A stretch of DNA of 64,000 nt from the IMG/VR virus record IMGVR_UViG_3300021426_000063, positions 1 through 64,000 of that record, one strand, 5' to 3'. This document shows positions 1 through 9,200 of the stretch, one piece after another (positions within the stretch are counted from its first letter, which is position 1; every line of letters starts with the position of its first letter). Source of the stretch: a virus. Taxonomy: Duplodnaviria > Caudoviricetes. The translations under genes were made by a program, and so were the position numbers. The notes below the pieces were generated by a model, which saw nothing but the letters and a program-made list of their open reading frames with translations, searched no databases and was not told the origin of the DNA.

Positions 1-588
1 GATTACGCCCATCCTAAACTTGATGACAGTGAAGTAATCAAGAACCATTCTAAAACCATCCTCAATGTTCTTGAACTCATCAGTAGTGGCTGTGGCAATA
101 ATTTTCAGATTATCTTCCTCAATAGCACCAATAAGGGTATTTACAAAAGAGAAACCAGTATTACCATAACAGTTAAGGTTAAGGAGGTGACCAATGTTGT
201 TGAGAACAAGAGTAATCTCAAAGTTCTCATTCTCTGTAGCAACAGTAAAGATATCATTGATAATCTGACCAAAATCACCATTACTATGAGTCTTCTGAAG
301 GATATCATTGAAATCAATCTCAATGACCTTGTCAGACTTCACATTCTTGACAAGTTTATTGACATATCCTTCTATGATACTCCTCTTTCCAGATCCGAAA
401 TCACCAACAAGCAAAACTGACCTGAAATCAGACTTACTCATTATATTGTATACCCTGTTGATTTCAGAATCACGGAATTTTATATTGTCTCTTCCCTCAA
501 TCAATGAACCAACCGAAAGAATACTGTCAAACATATTCTTTGTGGTTCCATCCTCATTCTTTTTAATGTCTGTGTAAATTTCTCCCAT
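1..588 (-). CDS. Hsp100/ClpA-ClpB-like AAA+ ATPase, N-terminal part with a degenerate NBD1; runs off the left edge
   Basis: Translated by hand (not in the ORF track): MGEIYTDI...FRDSEINRVYNIMSKSDFRSVLLVGDFGSGKRSIIEG...LVLNNIGHLL...KIIATATTDEF. This matches the ClpB NBD1 pattern GRDxEI...PVLVGEPGVGKT...FIDEIH...IGATTxxE. Confidence 0.7.
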   Translation of the reverse strand, partial: MGEIYTDIKKNEDGTTKNMFDSILSVGSLIEGRDNIKFRDSEINRVYNIMSKSDFRSVLLVGDFGSGKRSIIEGYVNKLVKNVKSDKVIEIDFNDILQKTHSNGDFGQIINDIFTVATENENFEITLVLNNIGHLLNLNCYGNTGFSFVNTLIGAIEEDNLKIIATATTDEFKNIEDGFRMVLDYFTVIKFRMGVI

Positions 589-610
589 ATATATACTTAT
601 TAATCTTTTG

Positions 611-622
611 TAAATATAACAA
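611..622 (-). promoter_or_regulatory. Early-type promoter TTGTTATATTTA
   Basis: Motif recurs upstream of about 16 gene starts in the window; resembles the Bacteroidota -7 element TAnnTTTG. Confidence 0.65.
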
Positions 623-649
623 AGAAAGAGGGTAATTCCCTCTTTCTTT
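621..649 (-). terminator. Intrinsic terminator after the clamp loader gene
   Basis: Inverted repeat AAAGAAAGAGGG-taatt-CCCTCTTTCTTT. Confidence 0.7.
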
Positions 650-664
650 GAAGATTTTTATGAA

Positions 665-1630
665 TTATTTTTGTAATTCAGTTTGTAATTCAAAGATGTT
701 TGCCAATAGAACCACAACCGGGTCAATACAGTTCTTGAAGTTCTGTTGGTATTTTGCATTGAGTACAGAGATGACAGGTATCTTACCCATCAGGTTTGGT
801 TTAGATTTCAAGATGTACTCAATGAAAGGATAACCAAGTGATGCAATTGCTTCATCCACACAGTTGGAGTAGTTTTTCATCACAAACTTATAGTTCTCAA
901 CTGGATTATCCTGCATTATGATCATCTCATATAGTTCTGCATACTCACTTGCTGAATCCTTGATATCAGATGCCTCAATATTTGACTTTCCTTCAAGAGA
1001 GAACCTGTGAAGTTTCTTTACAATACTCCTGAAATCAGGATAATATGTAAGAACCAACTTAGCAACAGCATCTCTGGAAATATTGAGACATTCCTTCTTA
1101 CAAATCTCCATAACCCTCAAAATCTGTCCCTTCTTAACCTCATTAATCTCTTCAGCAGAAAAGTTGAAGTCAATCATCAAGAACCTTGACTGAATTGGGT
1201 CAGGAATCTTTTCAACATAATTACAAGTACCAATGAATCTGGTGTTCACAGAACACTTCTCCATAGTTGCCCTCAATGCAGCATATGCCTGCTGTGACAT
1301 ACCATCCATCTCATCCAGGATAACCACCTTGATTGGATTATCATAATGGAGAATGGACTGGTTCATAGCAAAATCCATAATAGTATCCCTGATGGTATCC
1401 ACACCAGTAGTCTCTGACATATTAAGATAGAGAGTATTGTGCTGGAACTGTTTACAGATAGCCTTTGCAGCACTAGTCTTACCAATGCCGGCAGTACCAT
1501 ACAGTAACATTGACTGTACAACACCCTTCTCAAAAATAGTCCTGATTCTCTGTGGAACAATGAGTTCCTTTAAGTTCTGTGGTCTATACTTCTCTTCCCA
1601 CAGAATAGTTTTCAAATTATCTACTGCCAT
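665..1630 (-). CDS. gp44: Sliding-clamp loader AAA+ subunit (T4 gp44/RFC-like)
   Basis: LWEEKYRP, Walker A GTAGIGKT, Walker B ILDEMD, ALRATME, PIQSR. Confidence 0.93.
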   Translation of the reverse strand: MAVDNLKTILWEEKYRPQNLKELIVPQRIRTIFEKGVVQSMLLYGTAGIGKTSAAKAICKQFQHNTLYLNMSETTGVDTIRDTIMDFAMNQSILHYDNPIKVVILDEMDGMSQQAYAALRATMEKCSVNTRFIGTCNYVEKIPDPIQSRFLMIDFNFSAEEINEVKKGQILRVMEICKKECLNISRDAVAKLVLTYYPDFRSIVKKLHRFSLEGKSNIEASDIKDSASEYAELYEMIIMQDNPVENYKFVMKNYSNCVDEAIASLGYPFIEYILKSKPNLMGKIPVISVLNAKYQQNFKNCIDPVVVLLANIFELQTELQK

Positions 1631-1647
1631 ATATAAATCACTTTACA

Positions 1648-1687
1648 TAAAAATAACAAAAAAGGAAGTGTTTGACTTCCTTTTTTC
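1648..1687 (-). promoter_or_regulatory. Terminator hairpin fused to an early-type promoter (TTGTTATTTTTA)
   Basis: AAAAAGGAAGT-gtttg-ACTTCCTTTTT immediately followed, on the minus strand, by the promoter motif. Confidence 0.65.
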
Positions 1688-1689
1688 AA

Positions 1690-2619
1690 TTATTTTCCGG
1701 TTGATCCAAACCCACCTGTACCTCTTTCTGTTTCAGATAATTCATCCACAACCTGTACATGTACTTGCGGATAAGAAAGTACTACCATTTGACCAACACG
1801 GTCACCTACCTGGAATGGTGCAAACTTCAACGCCCTTTCAACATTTACTTTCCCAGTGATCCATTCCCAGAAGGATTTTCTATACCTATCCCTATTCTTG
1901 TACCTGAGTTGGATCTCACCGCGATAAATCGCGCTGTCTGCAATCCCCACAGAGTTGGTGAGATATGCTTCTGTCTTACAGTTTGAACTCCTTGGAAAAA
2001 GAAAAGTACCATAACCATATTCTGATTCTAATGAAAGACCTGTATGATAGATATACAAATCTTTATCAGCATTATATTCAACACTGATTGCAGTTAAATC
2101 CATACCAACATCACCATTATGAGCATATGATGGAATGACTGCATTTTCATCAAGTTTCTTAAATTTTATAGTTACATTTGTCAAGTATTCAAGACTTGGA
2201 ATAACAGCAATATTCTTTTTCTTAACCTCTGTTTCTTTTTTCATAAAATCTATATTAAAATGAGTTATATCCATATTTCTGACAATACCATCTTCATCAA
2301 TATCACCCAGTCCAACTGGTGTTACTCTAATAGACACATCTTTTGATGAATTCAGTATGTTTTGATATGCTTTTCCAGGAATGTTATCAAGTAATTTAAC
2401 TTTACCAAATACATCACCATTAGATTTAATTTCAACTTTATCAATTGTGCCTACTGATTCAAGTATTGATGGGTTCTCTGTTTCAGGATGGCATAAAAGA
2501 CCAAATGTGTGTTTTTCATTGAAATCTTTTATTGCATTCTCCATAACATCCTTTGGGTAAACTCTCCCATTTTTTGATATACTGTCACAGGAGAATAATT
2601 TAGTTTTGATTTCTTTCAT
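1690..2619 (-). CDS. dut: Trimeric dUTPase with an N-terminal gp21-like prohead-protease domain (probably inactive)
   Basis: C-terminus has dUTPase motifs GDVGMDL, FPRSS, VGIADSAIYRGEI, GDRVGQ, RGTGGFGSTG. N-terminus KNGRVYP...GLLCHP...GKVKLLDNIPG resembles gp21. ATG at 2619 is preferred as start. Confidence 0.88.
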   Translation of the reverse strand: MKEIKTKLFSCDSISKNGRVYPKDVMENAIKDFNEKHTFGLLCHPETENPSILESVGTIDKVEIKSNGDVFGKVKLLDNIPGKAYQNILNSSKDVSIRVTPVGLGDIDEDGIVRNMDITHFNIDFMKKETEVKKKNIAVIPSLEYLTNVTIKFKKLDENAVIPSYAHNGDVGMDLTAISVEYNADKDLYIYHTGLSLESEYGYGTFLFPRSSNCKTEAYLTNSVGIADSAIYRGEIQLRYKNRDRYRKSFWEWITGKVNVERALKFAPFQVGDRVGQMVVLSYPQVHVQVVDELSETERGTGGFGSTGK

Positions 2620-2620
2620 A

Positions 2621-3232
2621 TTAATCCTTTTTAATCTTTTTCTGAACACCTCTTCTGTTCAATCTCCTGACACATTCATCATACTCTTCCTGTTCACAAG
2701 TCCAGGCATCCATTGCCATACAGTACCAATCATCTGGGAGAATCTGATGTACAAGATTATTATACAACTGTATGAGATGATTTGTCCTTTTCTTGTAATA
2801 CTCCAGATTTACCTTAATGGATTCTACTTCATCCAAAGAATTCAGAGCATTCAAATAATTGGCAACCTCACCAAGACTATGACAAATCTTTGTACCATTC
2901 TTTTCAACCAATCTTTCTGTTGCATCAAGACTCTTCAATTCACCCTTTGTGAAATCCCTGTCATCATCCTCTTTTGTAACACAGAAGATACAATGACCTT
3001 TCTTCAATTCATGTGAATCATTGACTACTTCAGCAATTGAGAACACTCCCTGCATCTTTGGGGTGATGACATAGAGATGATAGTCACAAACCAACTTCTC
3101 TTTTTCTTCATTTGCCTGACATTCTGGTGTCCAGTCTTCTACAACTGGATTGAAATAATCACACTGTAAAAGTGGAATCAGTTTCTCCCTCCATTTGGAC
3201 TCTGCACAAGTCCCACCTAAAAATACTTTCAT
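2621..3232 (-). CDS. Nucleoside 2-deoxyribosyltransferase-like protein
   Basis: KVFLGGT...WRE...YFNPVVEDW...YVITPKMQGVFSIAE. Confidence 0.72.
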   Translation of the reverse strand: MKVFLGGTCAESKWREKLIPLLQCDYFNPVVEDWTPECQANEEKEKLVCDYHLYVITPKMQGVFSIAEVVNDSHELKKGHCIFCVTKEDDDRDFTKGELKSLDATERLVEKNGTKICHSLGEVANYLNALNSLDEVESIKVNLEYYKKRTNHLIQLYNNLVHQILPDDWYCMAMDAWTCEQEEYDECVRRLNRRGVQKKIKKD

Positions 3233-3237
3233 AATAT

Positions 3238-3726
3238 CTAATTTAATTTAACATATTTTCCTTCTATTCCACTTTCTCTCAATCTCTTGTCACATTCATC
3301 ACCAAATGCAATCAGACAGGATCCAAACATTGGACTCCTTGACTCTCCATTAGAATTGATGAACTTAACCCTTCTTCTCATAAAAATCATTGATTTGGCA
3401 TTTGGAAAGATGACCTCCTGGAATAAGAGATTGTCTGTTCTGTTTACAACTATTGCAATCCCATTATTATGTTCTGCCAGTTTCTGAACAAATGCCTTAA
3501 TAAGTTTACTACTGTAAGGTGGATTCAACCACACCACCTTATTTTTATCCCATTCCTTTGACAATCCATCCTGTTCAATGTTATATGTTTCCGGTGCAAT
3601 ATAAACAGGCGGATTCATTGCAGAACATGGATCCAAATCAAATGGTCCGAGAGTATCTATTAACCATTTTGGAGTATACCATTCATCAGATGATACAACC
3701 TCATTCTTCTGTTGCCTGTTATCCAT
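3238..3726 (-). CDS. Phage Dam-type DNA N6-adenine methyltransferase
   Basis: SDEWYTP, FDLDPC, WLNPPYS, RRVKF. Confidence 0.88.
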   Translation of the reverse strand: MDNRQQKNEVVSSDEWYTPKWLIDTLGPFDLDPCSAMNPPVYIAPETYNIEQDGLSKEWDKNKVVWLNPPYSSKLIKAFVQKLAEHNNGIAIVVNRTDNLLFQEVIFPNAKSMIFMRRRVKFINSNGESRSPMFGSCLIAFGDECDKRLRESGIEGKYVKLN

Positions 3727-4255
3727 TTAAATCCTCATCAATTTCTTCTGTCTCATCCTCATCATCTTCATCCTCATCATCTCCCCACCAATTAGTCTCA
3801 TAATATTTTGAACCAAAGTTCTCCTCACAATAATCCCTGAAAGGCATATCACCTATCCTGGAATTTCCTGGATATTCTTCACCTTCTTCTGGGATATAGA
3901 CAAAATCAGAATACTTTCTCTTCTCTTCTACATCTTCCCAAACTAATTTCCTCTTTCCAAATAGACCATTCCTCTTAAAACTACCATGCCTGGTAATATA
4001 GGCATATTCATCATCTGTGAGGAGTTCAGGACAGTTTTTCTCAACCCATTCCCTTGGAGCAGATATTGTGTAATTGGTACTCATATCAACTGTACCATAA
4101 TATACACACAGCTTGTTCTCCTTACACCAATTATCATCCTTGAAACTCTGGTTAAAGTCATTACCTAACCATTTCTTGAAATTTTCAGTAGGTGGATAAT
4201 CACGGCCACAAAACCAGTTGTTAACTGAAATATAAACTACATCTTGTTTTTCCAT
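3719..4255 (-). CDS. Hypothetical protein with acidic tail
   Basis: 178-aa ORF tightly packed in the operon. Confidence 0.7.
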   Translation of the reverse strand: MEKQDVVYISVNNWFCGRDYPPTENFKKWLGNDFNQSFKDDNWCKENKLCVYYGTVDMSTNYTISAPREWVEKNCPELLTDDEYAYITRHGSFKRNGLFGKRKLVWEDVEEKRKYSDFVYIPEEGEEYPGNSRIGDMPFRDYCEENFGSKYYETNWWGDDEDEDDEDETEEIDEDLNG

Positions 4256-4259
4256 AATA

Positions 4260-4727
4260 TTAATGTTTAATCATTTCCTTAAAAAATTCACTCATACAAT
4301 CAACAACTATACTGTTTCCAGCCAATTGTGCTAACTGGTTATTACTGAGTCCCCCATCAACCAGTTTCTGAATATCATCATCTTCACATCCCATCATTCT
4401 CATAGACTCAAACCCAGACAATCTCCTTACTATATATTTTCCATTATCAATAAACAGAAACCTGGGACTGAATGACAATGTAAGTGTAGGACAAGTACCA
4501 ATAGGAGAATACACCCTGGTGTCCTGTGGATTATAAAAACCCGTTCTGTCAATATGGAGATTACCCAACTGCACCAGATGAGGGAACTTCTCCGGGACAG
4601 TATCCTCCATTCTCTCACCAAACAGATTGTATTCACCCCACATATCTGTGTCAAACTCCTTTACATTGGTATTGACATAGTTGGACTGCTTACCCTTTAC
4701 TTTCTTTTCTTCCTTAATCCTACTCAT
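4260..4727 (-). CDS. C5-cytosine methyltransferase C-terminal half (beta-1: TRD plus motifs IX-X)
   Basis: TRD-like QDTRVYSPIGTCPTLT, motif IX RRLSGFESMRMMG, motif X QLAGNSIVV; no motifs I-VIII. Confidence 0.85.
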   Translation of the reverse strand: MSRIKEEKKVKGKQSNYVNTNVKEFDTDMWGEYNLFGERMEDTVPEKFPHLVQLGNLHIDRTGFYNPQDTRVYSPIGTCPTLTLSFSPRFLFIDNGKYIVRRLSGFESMRMMGCEDDDIQKLVDGGLSNNQLAQLAGNSIVVDCMSEFFKEMIKH

Positions 4728-5085
4728 TTATAACTGTGATATTAACTTCAATATATTCAATTTCCCAATCTTCCGGATGGTTGCTGATTCTTATATCCAC
4801 ATAATCATCAGTTGTTCTATCAGATTGGATATCAATTCCAGGAATCTCACCATTGTGTATCTTCATACCAATCACATATTCAACAGGTAACTTCTTCTTA
4901 CTCCGACCTCTGTTGGCTATGAAATACAAGGTGTCATAAAAGAATACATGTTCAGGATTTGTCACCTGATTAAATGCATATTTGGTGTCATATACCTTAC
5001 CTTTTGCATCAAAATTGGTGTACTTACCCTTTAATGGTCTGAAATAAAGACCTGTTGGTTTATGTTTTATTCTATATAGTTTCAT
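4720..5085 (-). CDS. Hypothetical phage protein between the MTase halves
   Basis: 121 aa, MKLYRIKHKPTGLYF; overlaps both neighbours. Confidence 0.7.
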   Translation of the reverse strand: MKLYRIKHKPTGLYFRPLKGKYTNFDAKGKVYDTKYAFNQVTNPEHVFFYDTLYFIANRGRSKKKLPVEYVIGMKIHNGEIPGIDIQSDRTTDDYVDIRISNHPEDWEIEYIEVNITVINE

Positions 5086-5801
5086 TTCTGTATTCCTGCA
5101 AATTTTTTAAATTGTTCATTGTCTCTGAGATAAATGTCAGTGTTCTCATCTGGATCCACCAACTTCCCCCACAGTTCCTGACCAATCTCTTCCTTGGTCT
5201 GTATGAAATCAAGAGTATTCTTATTCAACTTCCATCCCCGTGGGAACACAAAGTCACCTTCTGGGTTCAGGATAGACACACAGAACACCCTCTCACGGTC
5301 CTGGGGGATACCAAAATCAGAACCCTTCAATACCTTCCAATAGTTTGTATAACCTCTGGATTCAAGATAGTTCAACCAAAGATTGAAAGTGTCTATGAAC
5401 CTCTCTGAAACAAGATTCTTCACATTCTCCAACATCAAGTATTTGGGTTTCTTGATGTCTATTGCTTTCTTACACTCCCAAAGTAATGATGACTTGGTAC
5501 CAGAACCCTCTTCACCACCAAGCATCTTTCCGGCCAGACTGAAGGATTGACAAGGTGACGAGTAAGTAAAGAAGTCAAAATCAGGTACATTCTCCCAGTC
5601 TATCTTACAGATGTCACCATAGTTCCTGTCCTTGTATTCAGGAAAAATGAGATTGTGTGCTTCTATTGCCCTCTTCTCAATCTCACTCCAACCTATAAGG
5701 TCAAAAGGAATACCTGCTTTTTTAAGAGCAAGACACTGTGAGTCATATCCTGAAAAAGTAGTGAATACTTTTAAGGGATTTTCTATTGTATATTTCTCCA
5801 T
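5082..5801 (-). CDS. C5-cytosine methyltransferase catalytic half (alpha-1: motifs I-VIII)
   Basis: FSGYDSQ (I), SEI (II), GDI (III), YSSPCQSFS (IV), ENV (VI), PQDRERVF (VIII); ends without TRD or motifs IX-X. Confidence 0.9.
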   Translation of the reverse strand: MEKYTIENPLKVFTTFSGYDSQCLALKKAGIPFDLIGWSEIEKRAIEAHNLIFPEYKDRNYGDICKIDWENVPDFDFFTYSSPCQSFSLAGKMLGGEEGSGTKSSLLWECKKAIDIKKPKYLMLENVKNLVSERFIDTFNLWLNYLESRGYTNYWKVLKGSDFGIPQDRERVFCVSILNPEGDFVFPRGWKLNKNTLDFIQTKEEIGQELWGKLVDPDENTDIYLRDNEQFKKFAGIQK

Positions 5802-5820
5802 ATTACACTATTTAACATAG

Positions 5821-5868
5821 TAAATATAACAAAAATGAGATTGAACTTACTTGTCAATCTCATTTTTT
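5821..5868 (-). promoter_or_regulatory. Terminator hairpin plus early-type promoter driving the alpha-1 MTase operon
   Basis: AAAAATGAGATTGA...TCAATCTCATTTTT followed by TTGTTATATTTA on the minus strand. Confidence 0.65.
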
Positions 5869-5972
5869 AATTTATTATCATATATCTCTGGATGAAGTCT
5901 CATTTGTTCCTGTTCATATTCTTTCATGAACTTATCCAATAGTTCTTTATCTTTTTCTTCTTTATTATCCAT
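5847..5972 (-). CDS. Small hypothetical protein (41 aa)
   Basis: Hand-translated MDNKEEKDKELLDKFMKEYEQ...; overlaps the upstream gene end. Confidence 0.5.
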   Translation of the reverse strand: MDNKEEKDKELLDKFMKEYEQEQMRLHPEIYDNKLKNEIDK

Positions 5973-6231
5973 CTATCTTTTCCCCAAACTTTATTATGTA
6001 TGCATCCATATTGTAGTTCACCAATCTTCCCTTCTTTATCCATTCAAACTTGAACCTCATTGGAGGGATGTCCTTCTTGAACCTGTGATAGAACTCCACC
6101 ACATCATAAGTTTTCCCTTCAAGTCTCTTTATCCAATAAGGTTTTATCTCACGGTAGTCATGGGTTAATTCACCATCTTTTATCAAGTTATACCAGTACT
6201 CATTTACTGGAAGTTTCAATACATTTTCCAT
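5965..6231 (-). CDS. ASCH-domain protein
   Basis: LKLPVNEYWYNLIKDGELTHDYREIKPYWIKRL (ASCH GxKxxExR-like); ATG at 6231. Confidence 0.7.
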   Translation of the reverse strand: MENVLKLPVNEYWYNLIKDGELTHDYREIKPYWIKRLEGKTYDVVEFYHRFKKDIPPMRFKFEWIKKGRLVNYNMDAYIIKFGEKIDG

Positions 6232-6236
6232 ATAGA

Positions 6237-6260
6237 TATTTATGTATCTTTCCATAAATA
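6237..6260. promoter_or_regulatory. Back-to-back divergent late-type promoters CATAAATA
   Basis: TATTTATG at 6237-6244 (minus) and CATAAATA at 6253-6260 (plus); similar to the T4 late promoter TATAAATA. Confidence 0.65.
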
Positions 6261-6286
6261 CTTTAAAAGTAAAAACCAAATTAAAT

Positions 6287-9200
6287 ATGGCAGAGAATGA
6301 CAACATAATCTTCCCAGTAGGTGATGACAGAGAGAACCTTGAAATTAGGAAAATCAACAACAATGGTACAATTGGTGAATTGATTGAAACTGTTAATACT
6401 AATTTTGAGAACATTGCCAGGCATGGTGGTGGTCCCGCTGGTAAGGATGGTATAAATGGTCTTGATGGCGTTGATGGTGTAAATGTAGAATACATCTACT
6501 GTCTTAGTGATGAGATGGTAGAAGGAGTTCATTATCCATCATCAGATAGAGATAAGAGTATATTGTTTGAAAAATTACAAGCACAGTATGAATCAAAATA
6601 TACTGGTGAAGGTGGAGTACAAACAACTTGGTATAACTATGCTCAACCAATATCAATAGACCAGAAGAATGAATATGTTATGGCCAGGTATAAAATCACT
6701 GAATACAACTGGGCATATGCTGATCCTGTATTGTGGGCCCACTGGGGTGAAACAGGTAAGGATGGTGATGGTGTAGAATACATCTTCTTACAGAGTACAA
6801 AAGAATTAAATGGTGAAGAACTTGATAATCTCATCCTCAAAAAGGAACATATGACATCACCAGAATATAAAGAATATCAAAAAATCATCTATGGTCTTGA
6901 TGAATTCTATCCTGGTGAGACCTGGTTCAATGCAGAAAACAAACAAAGGGCAAGAATGGCCATTACAAATGCCGGTATCACCATCAATGAAGGTGGTTTT
7001 AATATCTTGTGGCAACAGAGGTTTGGATTCTTTACAAATGGTGAGAGTAATAAATGGACAGATGAACCAAAGGGAACAGGATTTGTACCCAATTCTGATT
7101 CTGATGTTCAAAAGAAATTGATTCAGTTTGAATATGTTTCAATCCGTAGATCATATAGAGATGAGAATGATAAGAAGGTATGGACTGATTTCTCTGTTCC
7201 ATCTATTTGGAGTAATTATAGTCTTCCTACTGCAACTGTAATGATTTATTACAATGCTGATGAGGATGAAACTCCAACTGGTCCAGCAGTTGGTACTGGC
7301 TATTATAATTGGACTACAAAGAGTCTTGATTTTAATGGTAAGTCTGATGCTGCTGATGATGATATTCCTTCAGGCTGGACTGAACATCATGATGAAGCAG
7401 AAGGAAAGATTGTCTGGATGTGTTATGGTCTTTTTGACAATACAGGTGAGAACCAGACTTGGTCTTCTCCAGTAAGACTTACAGGTGAACCTGGTAAAGC
7501 TGGTGAAGATGGTACATTCATTGAATTCATCTATACATCTGTAGAGAAAAATGGTACATATAATTATCCTATAGATGATCAAGTAGCAGCAAATAAACTA
7601 TTTGATGATGTAGAAGCAGCAGCAGACCATCGTGCTGAATATAGAGGTACATTTTGGTGGGATAGAGCTCTACCAATATCATATGATGAACCTATTGTAT
7701 ATGTATGGATTAGACGTAAATCCAATGGTTCTGATTGGGTTGTTGACCCAGCACCAATAGTATGGTCAAGATGGGGTGAAGATGGTATGGATGGTGATGG
7801 TGTAGAATACATCTTTGTTACAACCAATGCTAATTTGCCAGAAGATCTTTCACTTCCAAAATATAGTAATTTGAACCCATATCAGAAGAAACTCTTCCAG
7901 ATTAATGATTTTATTCCTTCTGCAAACTGGTTTGTTGAAAATAATAAACAGAAAGCAATAGATGTACTTAAAGGTTCATTCAGTGAAGAGCAATGGACTA
8001 ACAAATATGGATTTGATAGTTATTCAGCATGGACAGATAATCCTGCTTCCGTAGATCCTGAACACAAATATCAGTGGGTATCTATCCGTAGAAGTGAGAA
8101 TGATGAGAGAGGTAAGGCTGTATGGCAGGACTTTGGTGAACCAAAACTCTGGTCTAAATACAGTACATCTATATTCACAGCATATGCATTCATAGCAACA
8201 AAAGCATATGATGATTTGAGTGGTTATCAACCACATGGTCTTGTTTCAATCAGTGACCCAAGACCTGAAAGTGGTGACACATATCAGGGTGTACAAATTA
8301 CCTGGACAGATGGTCCTGTAACAAGTATTGATAAACCTGTTGTATGGGTTACATCTGCAAAAGTAAATGAAGATAATCTCTCTACCATCCAGTGGTCTCG
8401 TCCTATAAAGATGGCAGATACTGCTGAATTCAATGTTGAGTGGTGTTCTGATGATATTATGGGTGATAATCTTGCAACTCTTATTGATGAACTTGCTAGT
8501 TCTGAATATAATTTTGGTAGATTCCTTGCTGATAATAACAACATTGAATCCGATGCAGAAGATGCTTGGAGAACTTATGTACAGGAACAACTTGGTCTTG
8601 AATTTTCAGACAGTACAGAGAATGCAATCTTGATGGCAACCTGTCAATATACAAGTGGTACCTGGTCAAACTGGGAACTTGTCAGAGTGAAAGGTGAGGA
8701 TGGTGAGGATGGTAGACCTCTTAATGTAGTAGGTAGGATTCAGAAGGAATTGTATCTTCCTGAAAACACAGAATATACTCTTTCTTCTGCAACTGCATAC
8801 TTAAATGCACATCAGCCATCATCAGCAAACAATGGTGATTTGTTGATTGTTTATCCACATACAACTGATGCTGGTAACAATGAAAGTGGTATCTATTATG
8901 GTGATGACACCGGTGATAAGGGTGGTGCTCTTTATATGTGGGTATATCATAACAACTCTTGGGTTGATTATAACACATCATCTAATGGTGAGACAACATA
9001 CAACACATATGCAAGTCCAAATTGTCATCTTATCCTCTGGGATGGTGATTCTTGGCAGGATATGGGTAGATTCAAGGGTGACACTGGTGACAGATATGCT
9101 CTACTTGTCAAGTATGCAAATGATGTCAATGGTGTAAGAACCTATGTATCAAGTGACCCATCTGCAAAATGGATTGGTGTATTGACATATATTGATGGTT

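Noticed and set aside
1690-3232. Base-hypermodification pathway (dUTPase, NDT-like, nucleotidase, ThyA)
   Set aside because: ThyA is canonical, and no hydroxymethylase, glycosyltransferase or 7-deazaguanine genes are seen. These genes fit ordinary dNTP supply.
6232-6495. N-terminal extension of the ASCH ORF given in the track (start 6495)
   Set aside because: It overlaps the tail fibre gene antisense. The ASCH motif and promoter position support the ATG at 6231.
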